DNA of 64,000 nucleotides from a virus: IMG/VR virus record IMGVR_UViG_3300023174_000120, positions 1 through 64,000 of that record; one strand, given 5' to 3'. Every line of letters starts with the position of its first letter. Positions within the stretch are counted from its first letter, which is position 1. The notes beneath the pieces were generated by a model. That model had not been told where the DNA came from and did no database searches. It worked only from the letters and a program-made list of their open reading frames with translations. A program made the position numbers and the translations under genes. Positions 9,026 through 18,552 of this stretch are shown here, in pieces.

Positions 9026-9544
9026 ATGGAAAGAACATACGCGACCGAATCCACAGACAACGTAAACTTTTTTACCGGAATAGAGGTAGAACATACTCCT
9101 GCTTACGGTAAAAAAACACTTTTTGTTGTGGGTCTACAGAGGTTTCAAGATATTCAAACACATCTGATAGGGTGTGAACACATTTTCTTTGGCGCTAATC
9201 ACAGTTTCAACCCACCGGCAGACAATCCAGAATATTGGCGGGCTTGGGAAGAAATGATTGAGAATTTTCTCAGAAGAGATTATCTCTGTAGCTTGGATAT
9301 TCCTATCAGTGCAGTTGAAGAATTTCACGAAAATGGTCTTTGTGAATTCAACAATTTTATTCCACAGATTCGTATTAGTATTCCATATGTAAAATTATGG
9401 AATTATAACACAATGATTAAAATTGACGATCGAGATTTTAACGCAACCAATCCTGGAGTGTGGTGCCACAGCCTACACACTCTGATGGATCGTAGTAAAT
9501 TCACAGGCTGGGAACAATATAACAAGGACGAAATCCTAAAATGA
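9026..9544 (+). CDS. hypothetical alpha/beta protein in the deazaguanine cluster
   Basis: 172-aa ORF with FTGIEVEHTP and HIFFGANHSF motifs. Confidence 0.75.
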   Translation: MERTYATESTDNVNFFTGIEVEHTPAYGKKTLFVVGLQRFQDIQTHLIGCEHIFFGANHSFNPPADNPEYWRAWEEMIENFLRRDYLCSLDIPISAVEEFHENGLCEFNNFIPQIRISIPYVKLWNYNTMIKIDDRDFNATNPGVWCHSLHTLMDRSKFTGWEQYNKDEILK

Positions 9545-9726
9545 TCACTAGTAAAATTACCAAAGGTGTTCCAGAAGCCAGTTCAGACGAGCGTATGCTT
9601 AAACTGTTGGAAAGTATTGACTGGAAACTGTGGGAAATGTATAATATGATGAAAGACAATCTCCCAGAAAAACCCAAGGCCAAGACACCTAAAACAGCAA
9701 CTAAAAAAGAAGCAACACCAGAATGA
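9541..9726 (+). CDS. small hypothetical protein
   Basis: 4-nt start/stop overlaps on both sides. Confidence 0.65.
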   Translation: MITSKITKGVPEASSDERMLKLLESIDWKLWEMYNMMKDNLPEKPKAKTPKTATKKEATPE

Positions 9727-10100
9727 TTATTAAACAGGACGTTCGCCCAAATAAAATGACTTTTATCAAAGTTCGCACAGAATTTGAAGGGTTTCATTAT
9801 TATCCAAATGCTGGAACAATTGATCCTCGTATTCAGTTTCTCGAAAATGAACATCGTCATATGTTCAAAGTAGAAGTGAAAATTTCAGTCGAACATCTAG
9901 ATCGTGAATTGGAATTTTTCTTAGTCAAATGGGCATTACAAGAATTTATTAAATCTGGAAATCAAAATCACAAAAGTTGTGAGATGATTGCTACAGATAT
10001 TTTAGAAAATCATCTACTTCCTAAATACGGGCAACGGTATTATGAAATTGTGGTCTCCGAAGACGGAGAATCCGACGGAATTATTGAGTATAAACCTTAA
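9723..10100 (+). CDS. QueD-like T-fold protein (DpdL-like; candidate CDG decarboxylase)
   Basis: EGFH, LENEHRHMF (LxxxHRHxF), DRELEF, SCEMIA and VSEDGE. It lacks the canonical QueD CxxxHGH. Confidence 0.7.
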   Translation: MIIKQDVRPNKMTFIKVRTEFEGFHYYPNAGTIDPRIQFLENEHRHMFKVEVKISVEHLDRELEFFLVKWALQEFIKSGNQNHKSCEMIATDILENHLLPKYGQRYYEIVVSEDGESDGIIEYKP

Positions 10101-10136
10101 TAATATTTTTTAAACTTTTTTTATTTTTAAATCAAA

Positions 10137-10358
10137 ATGGCACAACCAGCTTATATCACTAAATCCTTTCGTATGAAACCCGAAGTCAGCAAGATCTTTG
10201 ATGATCTTGAAGAATGGCTCGACGTTTGTCGCTTTAACCTTATGCGCTATGACGAAAAGGATCTTTATCGTAGCCCGGAGTATAAGGAATTCAAACGCCG
10301 CAGTCGGTACGAAAATAATCGTCGCGGCAACAATCGTCAGCAGGCCGATCAAGCATGA
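10137..10358 (+). CDS. small hypothetical protein
   Basis: 73 aa, with an ATGA overlap into the glycosyltransferase. Confidence 0.65.
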   Translation: MAQPAYITKSFRMKPEVSKIFDDLEEWLDVCRFNLMRYDEKDLYRSPEYKEFKRRSRYENNRRGNNRQQADQA

Positions 10359-11554
10359 GAAAACTTTGGTATATGGGGCTTGAGCCATATAAGGCTCGTT
10401 ATACCCTACAACTACAAGATTGGAACGAGACTGTATTCAAACGACGCGGTATTGACTACCAAATCGTTCCCGGAGAAACACTCAGCAGTGATCAAGCAAT
10501 CGTTACTGGTCAAGTTCTCGATGCTCATGGTCGCACATATTTCGGTATGTCGCAACTAATGAATCTAGTTAAGTCAATGAAGGCCGGAGAATGCAGTAAT
10601 GAAGATGTTGTCTACTTTGAGGACATGTTTCAGCCGGGCATTGAAAGCCTACCTTATATTCTCAATCAAATCGGTAGTGAGCATCGCCCTCGCATTTTTG
10701 TTCGCTGTCTTGCTCAGTCTATTGATCCAGATGATTTTGTTCACGTCTGGGGTATGTCGAAGTGGATGGGGCATTATGAGAAAATGGTTGACTCGTTTGT
10801 AGACGGCGTGTTGGCCAGTAACGAAGAAATGGTCATGCACATGAAGATTGCTGGGTGGACTGCTCCAATCTACAATATCTCCGGTCTTGCTTTTGGAAAG
10901 CAAGAAGTGATGAGTCGTGTGAATGATGTAACACCATTTGAAAATCGCTCTCATCGTGTGGCATTTTCTGCTCGGTGGGACCAAGAAAAACAACCAGACT
11001 TTTATATGGACCTAATCAAAGAATGGGTCCGTCGCTATCCAAATGATATTGCCCGAGTACAAAATCGCAAACCTGTAGAATTCTGTATTCTTTCCGGAAG
11101 TCGACTCCGTTCAAATGGTGCTCGCTATGTAGAAAGGGCGCGAGAGTTAGAAGCAAAAGGTCTATTGACAATCTATGAGGATTTGGAAAAGAACGAATAC
11201 TATCGTATCCTAAACGATACTCGTGTATTGTTTAATTGTGCTTTACAAGATTGGACCAGTAACACAGTTAGTGAGGCCGACTCTCTTGGTTGTAATGTGT
11301 TGTTCCCAGCATATCGCAGTTTTCCAGAAACCTTTGCTAATGATCACGAACGACTGTATGTTCCTTGGAGTTTAGAAGATGCTATCCAGAAACTAGAAAA
11401 TCTTCTCAAACAAGAACATCCAAATCAGGGTAAGATCAGTGATTGGACTAATGGCTGTATTGATCGCACCCTGGATATTATTGAAGGCCGAGGGGAAGAA
11501 TGGCGTCGAGACAGTGTTGATTATAGACAACACTCGCGTCAATCCAAGTATTAA
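10355..11554 (+). CDS. GT-B (GT4-like) glycosyltransferase
   Basis: FSARWDQEKQP and 'QDWTSNTVSEADSLGCNVLFP...SFPE' form a nucleotide-sugar-binding signature. Confidence 0.8.
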   Translation: MRKLWYMGLEPYKARYTLQLQDWNETVFKRRGIDYQIVPGETLSSDQAIVTGQVLDAHGRTYFGMSQLMNLVKSMKAGECSNEDVVYFEDMFQPGIESLPYILNQIGSEHRPRIFVRCLAQSIDPDDFVHVWGMSKWMGHYEKMVDSFVDGVLASNEEMVMHMKIAGWTAPIYNISGLAFGKQEVMSRVNDVTPFENRSHRVAFSARWDQEKQPDFYMDLIKEWVRRYPNDIARVQNRKPVEFCILSGSRLRSNGARYVERARELEAKGLLTIYEDLEKNEYYRILNDTRVLFNCALQDWTSNTVSEADSLGCNVLFPAYRSFPETFANDHERLYVPWSLEDAIQKLENLLKQEHPNQGKISDWTNGCIDRTLDIIEGRGEEWRRDSVDYRQHSRQSKY

Positions 11555-11555
11555 C

Positions 11556-11584
11556 TTGACCTGTTTGTACATTTTTGCTACAAT
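11556..11584 (+). promoter_or_regulatory. sigma70-type promoter (extended -10)
   Basis: TTGACC-17-TACAAT with TG. Confidence 0.7.
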
Positions 11585-11633
11585 AGTCTTAACATTAACT
11601 CCGTTAAATAGTCTTACATAGTAAGGAAATCCA

Positions 11634-13661
11634 ATGAAACTTAAAAAATTAGCTGCTAGTATTGCCTTTTTACTTTCTACAGGGGCAGTTGCTCAAACTC
11701 AAACGTCAGTTTGGGAAACTAGCGAATACTACAAAAGTCGAACCCTACAATCCATTAACGCCAGCACCGCTTGGAGTCGTGGATTTACAGGCAAGGGCAG
11801 TGTAATTGCTATTTTAGATTCTGGTATTGACACTAAAAATACCGAATTTGCTAATCGCATTAAGTTGATTCAAGACTTTTCCAACAGTGGCAGCATTGTT
11901 GACAATCTTGGACACGGCACCCATGTGGCAGGTATTGCTGCCGCGGCACATAACGGAGTTGGTGTAGAAGGAGTAGCATTTGACGCTACTCTACTTATTG
12001 GCAAAGTTACTAATAACGGTTCGGCCACTACCACTACTCTCGGTAATGGTGTCCAATGGGCCAATAATAACAATGCCGATGTTGCCAATTTGAGCTTTAG
12101 TAACACTCTTTCGGCAACTGCTATTGGAGCAAAACTGATTGCTCCCGGTGTTTATTCTACTATCTATACAAATACTGGAAATTTGCCAGGCATGTCAAAT
12201 CCCCAACAATGGGTAGATGCCATGAAAGGTAATATGGTATTGGTGCTGGCTGCCGGTAATGATGCCACTGCTTGGGCAGGCGGATTAGCCCAAATTGCTA
12301 CTGCTACTGATAAGAGCGGAAACCTATTGTTAGGCGGCCGAGTCATTATTGCTGGAAACTGGAACGAGCAAAGTAATACTGGACTAGGACCGAATAGCAA
12401 TGCTGCTGCTACACTTTGCCAAGTAGTAGTTGCTAATGTGTGTCAAGACAAGTATCGTATGAGTCAATTTTATCTCCTGGCTCCAGGAACTGGCATTAGT
12501 TCAACTGTTCCAACCAGTCTAAACAGCACTGGATTGAGTAATATGACTGGTACTTCAATGGCTGCTCCAGCTATTAGCGGTGGTGTAGCCATTATCCACC
12601 AAATGTGGCCACAAATGACCGGTGCTAACATTGTTCAACTACTGTTCGTTACAGCCAATAAAAACCTGCCAGGATACAAACCAGAATTGTACGGACAAGG
12701 ACTAATGGACCTCGACAAGGCCACTCGTCCAATTGGTACGTTGGGTATTCCTACAACAGGTCGTCTTAGCGGTCCAACAACTACTGCCGTTCAACCTGTA
12801 TTGGTGACCAGTGGTAGTGCCAGCACAGGAAAAGTCAGCGGTCTTATGGTAGTTGACAGTTTCCAACGTGACTTTTATATTTCAGGTAAAACACTGACTG
12901 CCTACAATAATCAAAGTTATTTCAACGTAGCGCAGGCAGCAATGCCATATACTACCGGTAATAACTACAGCCAATTTAACAATTATACAGACTATGTTCA
13001 TAATCAGTCTGGCGATTTTGAAATTAATCTTTATCGCAACAACAATTTTAATCTGGTAGGAAATAACCCTGGCATGATTGAAATGAGTTATCGATCACGC
13101 AGTGAATATGCCGATGTTAAATTTACCTCTGGTATGTTTGTAGAGAATAATACTTGGCTAGGTAATGCTCTAAATAGTTTTAGTGGCGGTGGTGATAATA
13201 AGATGAGTTCTACTTACTTTACTGGTGTGGGTATTGATCGTACTGTTGGCAAGACCAATTTCTATGCCAATGTTACACACGGCGTAACACTAGCCGCTAG
13301 CTCAAGCGATACTGTTAAAAATCTTGGATCTGTTCTTAGCTATACTTGGACTGCGGGTGCTGAACATCGGCTCGATACTAAAAACTCACTGGGTCTAATG
13401 GTGTACCAACCTGTATCAGTATATCGTGCTATGGCAGATGTTAACGCACCTGTTGGATTAGATAGTAACTTCAATGTAATCCAAAATAGCCGTCAAAATC
13501 TTGCTGCTACTGTACACGAAACACGAGTAGGTCTTTACTACAAGTTTAAAGATGAGGATCGCTCAAATGTTCTGGCATTTGTAGAAAATCGTCAAAACTA
13601 TCGTGGCCAACTTGGTGCTAGTGACAATGTTGCCGGTGTTATGTTCAATCAACGTTTTTAA
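11634..13661 (+). CDS. secreted S8 subtilisin-like protease with C-terminal outer-membrane beta-barrel-like domain
   Basis: Signal peptide (AVA|Q). Catalytic motifs ILDSG, HGTHVAG, AAGN and GTSMAAP. Amphipathic beta C-terminus ending in Phe. Confidence 0.88.
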   Translation: MKLKKLAASIAFLLSTGAVAQTQTSVWETSEYYKSRTLQSINASTAWSRGFTGKGSVIAILDSGIDTKNTEFANRIKLIQDFSNSGSIVDNLGHGTHVAGIAAAAHNGVGVEGVAFDATLLIGKVTNNGSATTTTLGNGVQWANNNNADVANLSFSNTLSATAIGAKLIAPGVYSTIYTNTGNLPGMSNPQQWVDAMKGNMVLVLAAGNDATAWAGGLAQIATATDKSGNLLLGGRVIIAGNWNEQSNTGLGPNSNAAATLCQVVVANVCQDKYRMSQFYLLAPGTGISSTVPTSLNSTGLSNMTGTSMAAPAISGGVAIIHQMWPQMTGANIVQLLFVTANKNLPGYKPELYGQGLMDLDKATRPIGTLGIPTTGRLSGPTTTAVQPVLVTSGSASTGKVSGLMVVDSFQRDFYISGKTLTAYNNQSYFNVAQAAMPYTTGNNYSQFNNYTDYVHNQSGDFEINLYRNNNFNLVGNNPGMIEMSYRSRSEYADVKFTSGMFVENNTWLGNALNSFSGGGDNKMSSTYFTGVGIDRTVGKTNFYANVTHGVTLAASSSDTVKNLGSVLSYTWTAGAEHRLDTKNSLGLMVYQPVSVYRAMADVNAPVGLDSNFNVIQNSRQNLAATVHETRVGLYYKFKDEDRSNVLAFVENRQNYRGQLGASDNVAGVMFNQRF

Positions 13662-14523
13662 ATTTGGTAATTTGTTGATCGGCCTGTGATACGCAGGCCT
13701 GCATAGAACATATTTGGGGCTCCTTTGGCGGGCTCCACCATTCTGACCAAATATTTCCTAAAGGTTGATTATTACAATCACTACCTGCCACCCATCCATT
13801 GTAGTTTATTCTCAAACGTTCTATTCCCACATTACATAACATTCCGCTATAAATTGGATTGGTATTATATTTTTCTTCGTGTCGTTCTTGCCAGGTAGTC
13901 GATTCGAAATGTATTTTTTGTTCTACCGCTTTACGACCTTGTATTATATCTAATTGTTCATTGGTATAAGGGTACATTCCAGATTCGGCCATGGCATTTT
14001 TATACAAAACAGATTTACTTACTACAAATTTATATTCACGCTCTATTGCCAATGCTCGTTCAAGATCTTCATCAAAATAATCAGGACGAATAGGAACAAT
14101 AACATCAATAGGTTTTGATTTTGATAAAAACAATTCTATAATGTATTTTATCAAACTGGGATTTTGCCAATAGTGATAGCTCAATCTCAATCGATCAACT
14201 TGTGGTTCAACTGCCCACCAATCCATCCATAATTGCCCGCCGCCTGTATGGAGTTCAATGTGCCCATCGGCATCTTTACATAATTTTAAAATCCTTACTG
14301 TTCCATCCATATCCAAAGGTTCGCCACCATCGAATGTCCAATCTATTGTTCTACCAAGGCTGGCATAATGATTTATCAGTAGATTGGTTATACGAACATA
14401 CTCGACTGTATCTCTAGGCAACCCACCACCTCTTGAGGCAATGGGGCAATAACTACATTCCGCTTTACAGTAATCGTTAAGATGCCAGGTAATTTGAGTT
14501 TTTAATTGGTTCATTGTTGACAA
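13645..14523 (-). CDS. radical SAM protein with SPASM/twitch-like C-terminus
   Basis: CKAECSYC, GGEP and a C-terminal CNVG...SDC...C...C cluster. Confidence 0.85.
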   Translation of the reverse strand: MSTMNQLKTQITWHLNDYCKAECSYCPIASRGGGLPRDTVEYVRITNLLINHYASLGRTIDWTFDGGEPLDMDGTVRILKLCKDADGHIELHTGGGQLWMDWWAVEPQVDRLRLSYHYWQNPSLIKYIIELFLSKSKPIDVIVPIRPDYFDEDLERALAIEREYKFVVSKSVLYKNAMAESGMYPYTNEQLDIIQGRKAVEQKIHFESTTWQERHEEKYNTNPIYSGMLCNVGIERLRINYNGWVAGSDCNNQPLGNIWSEWWSPPKEPQICSMQACVSQADQQITKFKNVD

Positions 14524-14545
14524 GGCCTAAATAATAGCGTATACT
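14517..14545 (+). promoter_or_regulatory. sigma70-type promoter for mazG-queE
   Basis: TTGACA-17-TATACT. Confidence 0.75.
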
Positions 14546-14564
14546 ATTTACTCACAGACAACAC

Positions 14565-14861
14565 ATGGTATCTAATATGAATAAAATTGATGAAATCTTA
14601 CTGATCACTCAAGAGGAGTGCGCCGAAGTTACTCAGGCTATCAGCAAGTGTTTTAGGTTTGGGTTGGACAATATCAAGCCAGGCAAACCAAAAAGTAATA
14701 GAGAACATCTTGAAGAAGAACTAGGCGATCTAGTAGCAATGATTACTCTACTGGAAATGAATGGTGTAATTAGTCAACACAATATCGAAAAGGCCAAACT
14801 GGCCAAATTTGAAAAACTTAAACAATGGTCAAATATCTATGAGCAAATTAAAGATCAGTGA
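14565..14861 (+). CDS. MazG-like NTP pyrophosphohydrolase
   Basis: EECAEV...EEELGDL all-alpha motif. The start may be 14577. Confidence 0.8.
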   Translation: MVSNMNKIDEILLITQEECAEVTQAISKCFRFGLDNIKPGKPKSNREHLEEELGDLVAMITLLEMNGVISQHNIEKAKLAKFEKLKQWSNIYEQIKDQ

Positions 14862-15696
14862 ACTATTCTACTCCATTCAGGGAGAGGGGCGATATATGGG
14901 GGTTCCTAGTGTGTTCCTTCGCACCTTTGGCTGTAATTTTACCTGCGACTCATTTGGCATGCCGCGTGGAGGAAAAAGTGTAGAACGAGTAAACGTAGCA
15001 TTTGCTCACGGCAATACTCCGTTCAAAGACTATAAAGATCTGCCACTTGTGAGCACAGGCTGCGACAGCTATGCCAGTTGGGATCCAGCATTTAAAGATC
15101 TAAGCCCGCTACTGACCACAGATGCTATTGCCAATCGAATTATGGAGATTCTTCCACACGGTGAATGGCGTGACGAACATCTGGTTATTACAGGTGGTGA
15201 ACCATTGTTAGGATGGCAACGTCAATATCCAGACTTGTTAGATCATCCTAGAATGTCATGTCTTAAAGAAATTACATTTGAAACAAATGGCACTCAAAAG
15301 CTATCTAAAGAATTTAAAGAATATCTTGAAAGATGGCACGATCTTGGGTCAGGTGAAAGAGAGATTACTTTTAGTGTCAGTGCTAAATTACCTTGTAGCG
15401 GAGAGGCGTGGGAGGATGCTATCAAACCCAAAGTGGTCTGTGAATACGAACAGTATGGCACAACCTATCTGAAATTTGTTATTGCCACAGAACAAGACTT
15501 TGCCGATGCCCAACGAGCCATTGCTGAATATCGTGCGGCTGGATTTACTGGGCACGTTTATCTAATGCCAGTAGGTGGGGTAGAAAGTATCTATTCTATG
15601 AACAATAAAAATGTAGCTATGCTGGCTATGAAAAATGGTCTACGATATAGCGATAGACTTCAAATACCGCTCTTCCGCAACGCATGGGGTACGTAA
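14839..15696 (+). CDS. queE: 7-carboxy-7-deazaguanine synthase (radical SAM)
   Basis: ELFYSIQGEG, FLRTFGCNFTC...GCDS, ITGGEPLL, FETNGT, SVSAKL and RLQIPLF. Confidence 0.9.
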   Translation: MSKLKISELFYSIQGEGRYMGVPSVFLRTFGCNFTCDSFGMPRGGKSVERVNVAFAHGNTPFKDYKDLPLVSTGCDSYASWDPAFKDLSPLLTTDAIANRIMEILPHGEWRDEHLVITGGEPLLGWQRQYPDLLDHPRMSCLKEITFETNGTQKLSKEFKEYLERWHDLGSGEREITFSVSAKLPCSGEAWEDAIKPKVVCEYEQYGTTYLKFVIATEQDFADAQRAIAEYRAAGFTGHVYLMPVGGVESIYSMNNKNVAMLAMKNGLRYSDRLQIPLFRNAWGT

Positions 15697-16070
15697 TGGA
15701 ATGGTTTAAAAAACTCTTTTTTGAAAAGAAAGCCGAAGAAAAAACCGCGCCTGCTCCCGAACCCAAGGCCGCTCTAACCGAAAAAGAAATTGCCACTGCT
15801 AACAAGGAACCTTGGGTAGCTGTACTAACTACTCATGTCAATAAAGAAAACATTCGTAATGGATTTTTCGAACTTGACTGGAATGAATACTTTGTGCTAC
15901 AATTACGCAGTGCTGGATACACTGGAGAAACAGATGAGGCCATTGTTGATGCTTGGTTTACTGAACTGTGCCGTAATGTCGGAACTGAACAAGGTGTTGA
16001 TATGAGCCGCCGTGGGTCTGGATATGTTAACCGTGCCCTTCGTGATGATGGGCGAACTGAGATCAGTTAA
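15696..16070 (+). CDS. hypothetical protein
   Basis: TAATG-coupled on both sides, with an 'FFELDWNEYF' motif. Confidence 0.75.
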   Translation: MEWFKKLFFEKKAEEKTAPAPEPKAALTEKEIATANKEPWVAVLTTHVNKENIRNGFFELDWNEYFVLQLRSAGYTGETDEAIVDAWFTELCRNVGTEQGVDMSRRGSGYVNRALRDDGRTEIS

Positions 16071-17062
16071 TGAGCAAAACTTATATTTTAGTCGATACTG
16101 CAAATACTTTTTTCCGTGCTCGGCACGTGGTTCGAGGCGACCTCAATGACAAAATTGGTATGAGCATTCATACCGTATTGAGCAGTGTTCGCAAGGCCTG
16201 GAGAGACTTCAAAGGCAACCATGTCATCTTCTGCTTGGAGGGGCGTAGCTGGCGAAAGGATCATTATGCTCCTTACAAACGACAACGGGCAGAAGCTCGT
16301 GCCGCACACAGCCCACGAGAAGCAGAAGAAGAACGTGTATTTTGGGAAACATTTGATCAGTTTAAAGACTTTGTGCTGAACAAAACAAATACCAGTGTGC
16401 TACATAATCCACAACTGGAAGCTGATGATCTCATTGCCGGATGGATTCAAAGTCATCCCAACGATAATCATGTGATCATTAGTACAGACGGTGACTTTGC
16501 TCAACTTATTGCACCCAATGTTCGTCAGTATAACGGCATTATGGGTGTCACTACTACTCACGAAGGCTACTACGATGAGAAGGGTAAACCGGTAATTGAT
16601 AAAAAGACTAAAGCAGTAAAACCTGCTCCTGAGCCCGAATGGCTACTGTTTGAAAAGTGTATGCGTGGAGATACTAGCGATAACATCTTCAGTGCTTATC
16701 CTGGTGTGAGAGAAAAAGGAACTAAAAATAAAGTTGGTCTGCGTGAAGCATTTGCCGATAGAAAAACTCGTGGTTACAACTGGAATAACATGATGTTACA
16801 GAGATGGGTCGATCATGAAGGTGTTGAACATCGTGTGCTAGATGATTATCAACGCAATGTACAACTATGCGACCTTACTGCTCAACCACCCGAGATTAAA
16901 AAAATTATTCAAGAAACAATAGATCAAGAAATTGAAAAGGCAAAAAATATTCCACAGGTAGGAATAAGATTACTTAAATTCTGTGCGGCTTTTGACTTGC
17001 AAAAGATCAGTGAACAAGTAGAAAGTTATGCAGAACCACTTAACGCAAGGTATGCTCAATGA
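16070..17062 (+). CDS. rnh: T4 RNase H-like 5'-3' exonuclease/flap nuclease
   Basis: ILVD, SWRK...YK..R, LEADDLI, ISTDGDF.QL and GDTSDNI. Confidence 0.9.
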   Translation: MSKTYILVDTANTFFRARHVVRGDLNDKIGMSIHTVLSSVRKAWRDFKGNHVIFCLEGRSWRKDHYAPYKRQRAEARAAHSPREAEEERVFWETFDQFKDFVLNKTNTSVLHNPQLEADDLIAGWIQSHPNDNHVIISTDGDFAQLIAPNVRQYNGIMGVTTTHEGYYDEKGKPVIDKKTKAVKPAPEPEWLLFEKCMRGDTSDNIFSAYPGVREKGTKNKVGLREAFADRKTRGYNWNNMMLQRWVDHEGVEHRVLDDYQRNVQLCDLTAQPPEIKKIIQETIDQEIEKAKNIPQVGIRLLKFCAAFDLQKISEQVESYAEPLNARYAQ

Positions 17063-17541
17063 CATCATCGACAGCAAAAAATTTAATACCAAATAAAGAA
17101 TGGTTAATCAAATACGGCACTGAGAAAATTGGCAGTATTAGTAAAGAGAAAAAGGGCTATGCATTTTTGCGAAATGGACAAAAGATCTCTTTTAAAAATC
17201 TAGCCGAAGTTAAATCTCAATTAGGCATTGCACTGTTCGAAGACAATATTAAAAAAATAAAAACAGATAAAGAAGATAAAAATTACTCTATCTATGATTA
17301 CCCCTGCAAAACCAAACCCTATGATCCTGTATTCAATTTACGAAATAGACTACCACTATACGTTAAAAATCTCAAAAGTAAAAGCAGATATTGTGCCGGA
17401 TATTATCTAATTGAATTTCGCAAAGGATGGACCAAGGCCTATTGTCCTAAACTAATTACACTACAGAGATATCCGTTTCAAGGTCCATTTAAAACTGAAG
17501 AAGAAATGAAAATTCAGTTAAATATTGCAAATAAATCATGA
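17059..17541 (+). CDS. hypothetical protein
   Basis: Coupled, basic 160-aa ORF. Confidence 0.7.
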   Translation: MTSSTAKNLIPNKEWLIKYGTEKIGSISKEKKGYAFLRNGQKISFKNLAEVKSQLGIALFEDNIKKIKTDKEDKNYSIYDYPCKTKPYDPVFNLRNRLPLYVKNLKSKSRYCAGYYLIEFRKGWTKAYCPKLITLQRYPFQGPFKTEEEMKIQLNIANKS

Positions 17542-17759
17542 AAGAATTAAACACACTGCCCATTGAAGATTTTTTAAATCGTGCTCGTGTTGCTATTAAA
17601 AGCAATCAACGAGACCTAACACTTTCTATTAAAGAAGTAACTGATCTACAAAATAGTCTCAGTGTGGTAATGACAAGGCTGGCAGGTGAATTAGATCAAG
17701 TAATGACTAATTTACCATCCGGCGATATCGAAGTCAAAATGAATGGCGGGTTTTTTTAA
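17538..17759 (+). CDS. hypothetical protein
   Basis: Coupled 73-aa ORF. Confidence 0.65.
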   Translation: MKELNTLPIEDFLNRARVAIKSNQRDLTLSIKEVTDLQNSLSVVMTRLAGELDQVMTNLPSGDIEVKMNGGFF

Positions 17760-17806
17760 CTCACAAAGTATAATAAATACACATACCATTTTGGAGATAT
17801 GTGTAT

Positions 17807-18106
17807 ATGAGCCGTCCTAAACCTAATGTAATATTAGAAAATATTAGCAAAAAGACATTTAAGGTAGAACAAGTTCTTGAAGCAGAAGCAATCTGGGCAG
17901 TTTTTTATAAAGACAAACCTATCAACTTAAAAACCAGTAGTGTAGTAGCACAACACATAGGTCCTAAATATAAAAAAGTCAGCTTTTCCAATGCCGGTCA
18001 TGCACACAATCTTGCCGATAAAATGAATAAACTTTTTAACACAGAAGATTTTTCTGTATACAAACTAACCACCGGTGAAAGAGTCACCAATGAATCAAAA
18101 GATTGA
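17807..18106 (+). CDS. hypothetical protein
   Basis: TAAATA at 17774 and GGAG upstream. Confidence 0.7.
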   Translation: MSRPKPNVILENISKKTFKVEQVLEAEAIWAVFYKDKPINLKTSSVVAQHIGPKYKKVSFSNAGHAHNLADKMNKLFNTEDFSVYKLTTGERVTNESKD

Positions 18107-18479
18107 AATAACACGCTATGTGGCAGAACAGCTAGGACTGCCAACCGATGATAAAAGTCTAAGAAATTGTAAAAGACTTTGGTGGCAAAATTTAAGAGTT
18201 AAACCCAAAGGTGGACTGCGTCTTACCGAAGCCGGATACACAGCTCTTTGCCAGGCCAAAATTAGAGATCTCAAAGTCAAATATGACGCCAAATTTGAGT
18301 ACAAGAGTGAGTTTATTCTCCTGCTAGATAACTATATAGATGCACCTTGGTATATCACACCCAAAGCCATTCATGTGTTTAACGATCGTTTAGCTGTGCA
18401 ATTGGTGTTGTTTTCAGGCAACATTGAACGACTAATAAGGGCAAAAATTGCCAGTGACTTGACAGCAACCGCTGTCTAA
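18090..18479 (+). CDS. hypothetical protein
   Basis: ORF with a 'GGLRLTEAGY' motif. Confidence 0.7.
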   Translation: MNQKIEITRYVAEQLGLPTDDKSLRNCKRLWWQNLRVKPKGGLRLTEAGYTALCQAKIRDLKVKYDAKFEYKSEFILLLDNYIDAPWYITPKAIHVFNDRLAVQLVLFSGNIERLIRAKIASDLTATAV

Positions 18480-18487
18480 GGTATAAT
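18459..18487 (+). promoter_or_regulatory. consensus sigma70 promoter
   Basis: TTGACA-17-TATAAT. Confidence 0.85.
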
Positions 18488-18552
18488 AGATACACGTTGA
18501 AGCAATAAGCAATCAACAGTAAACATTACCAATTAACTTGAGAGTTTTTTAA

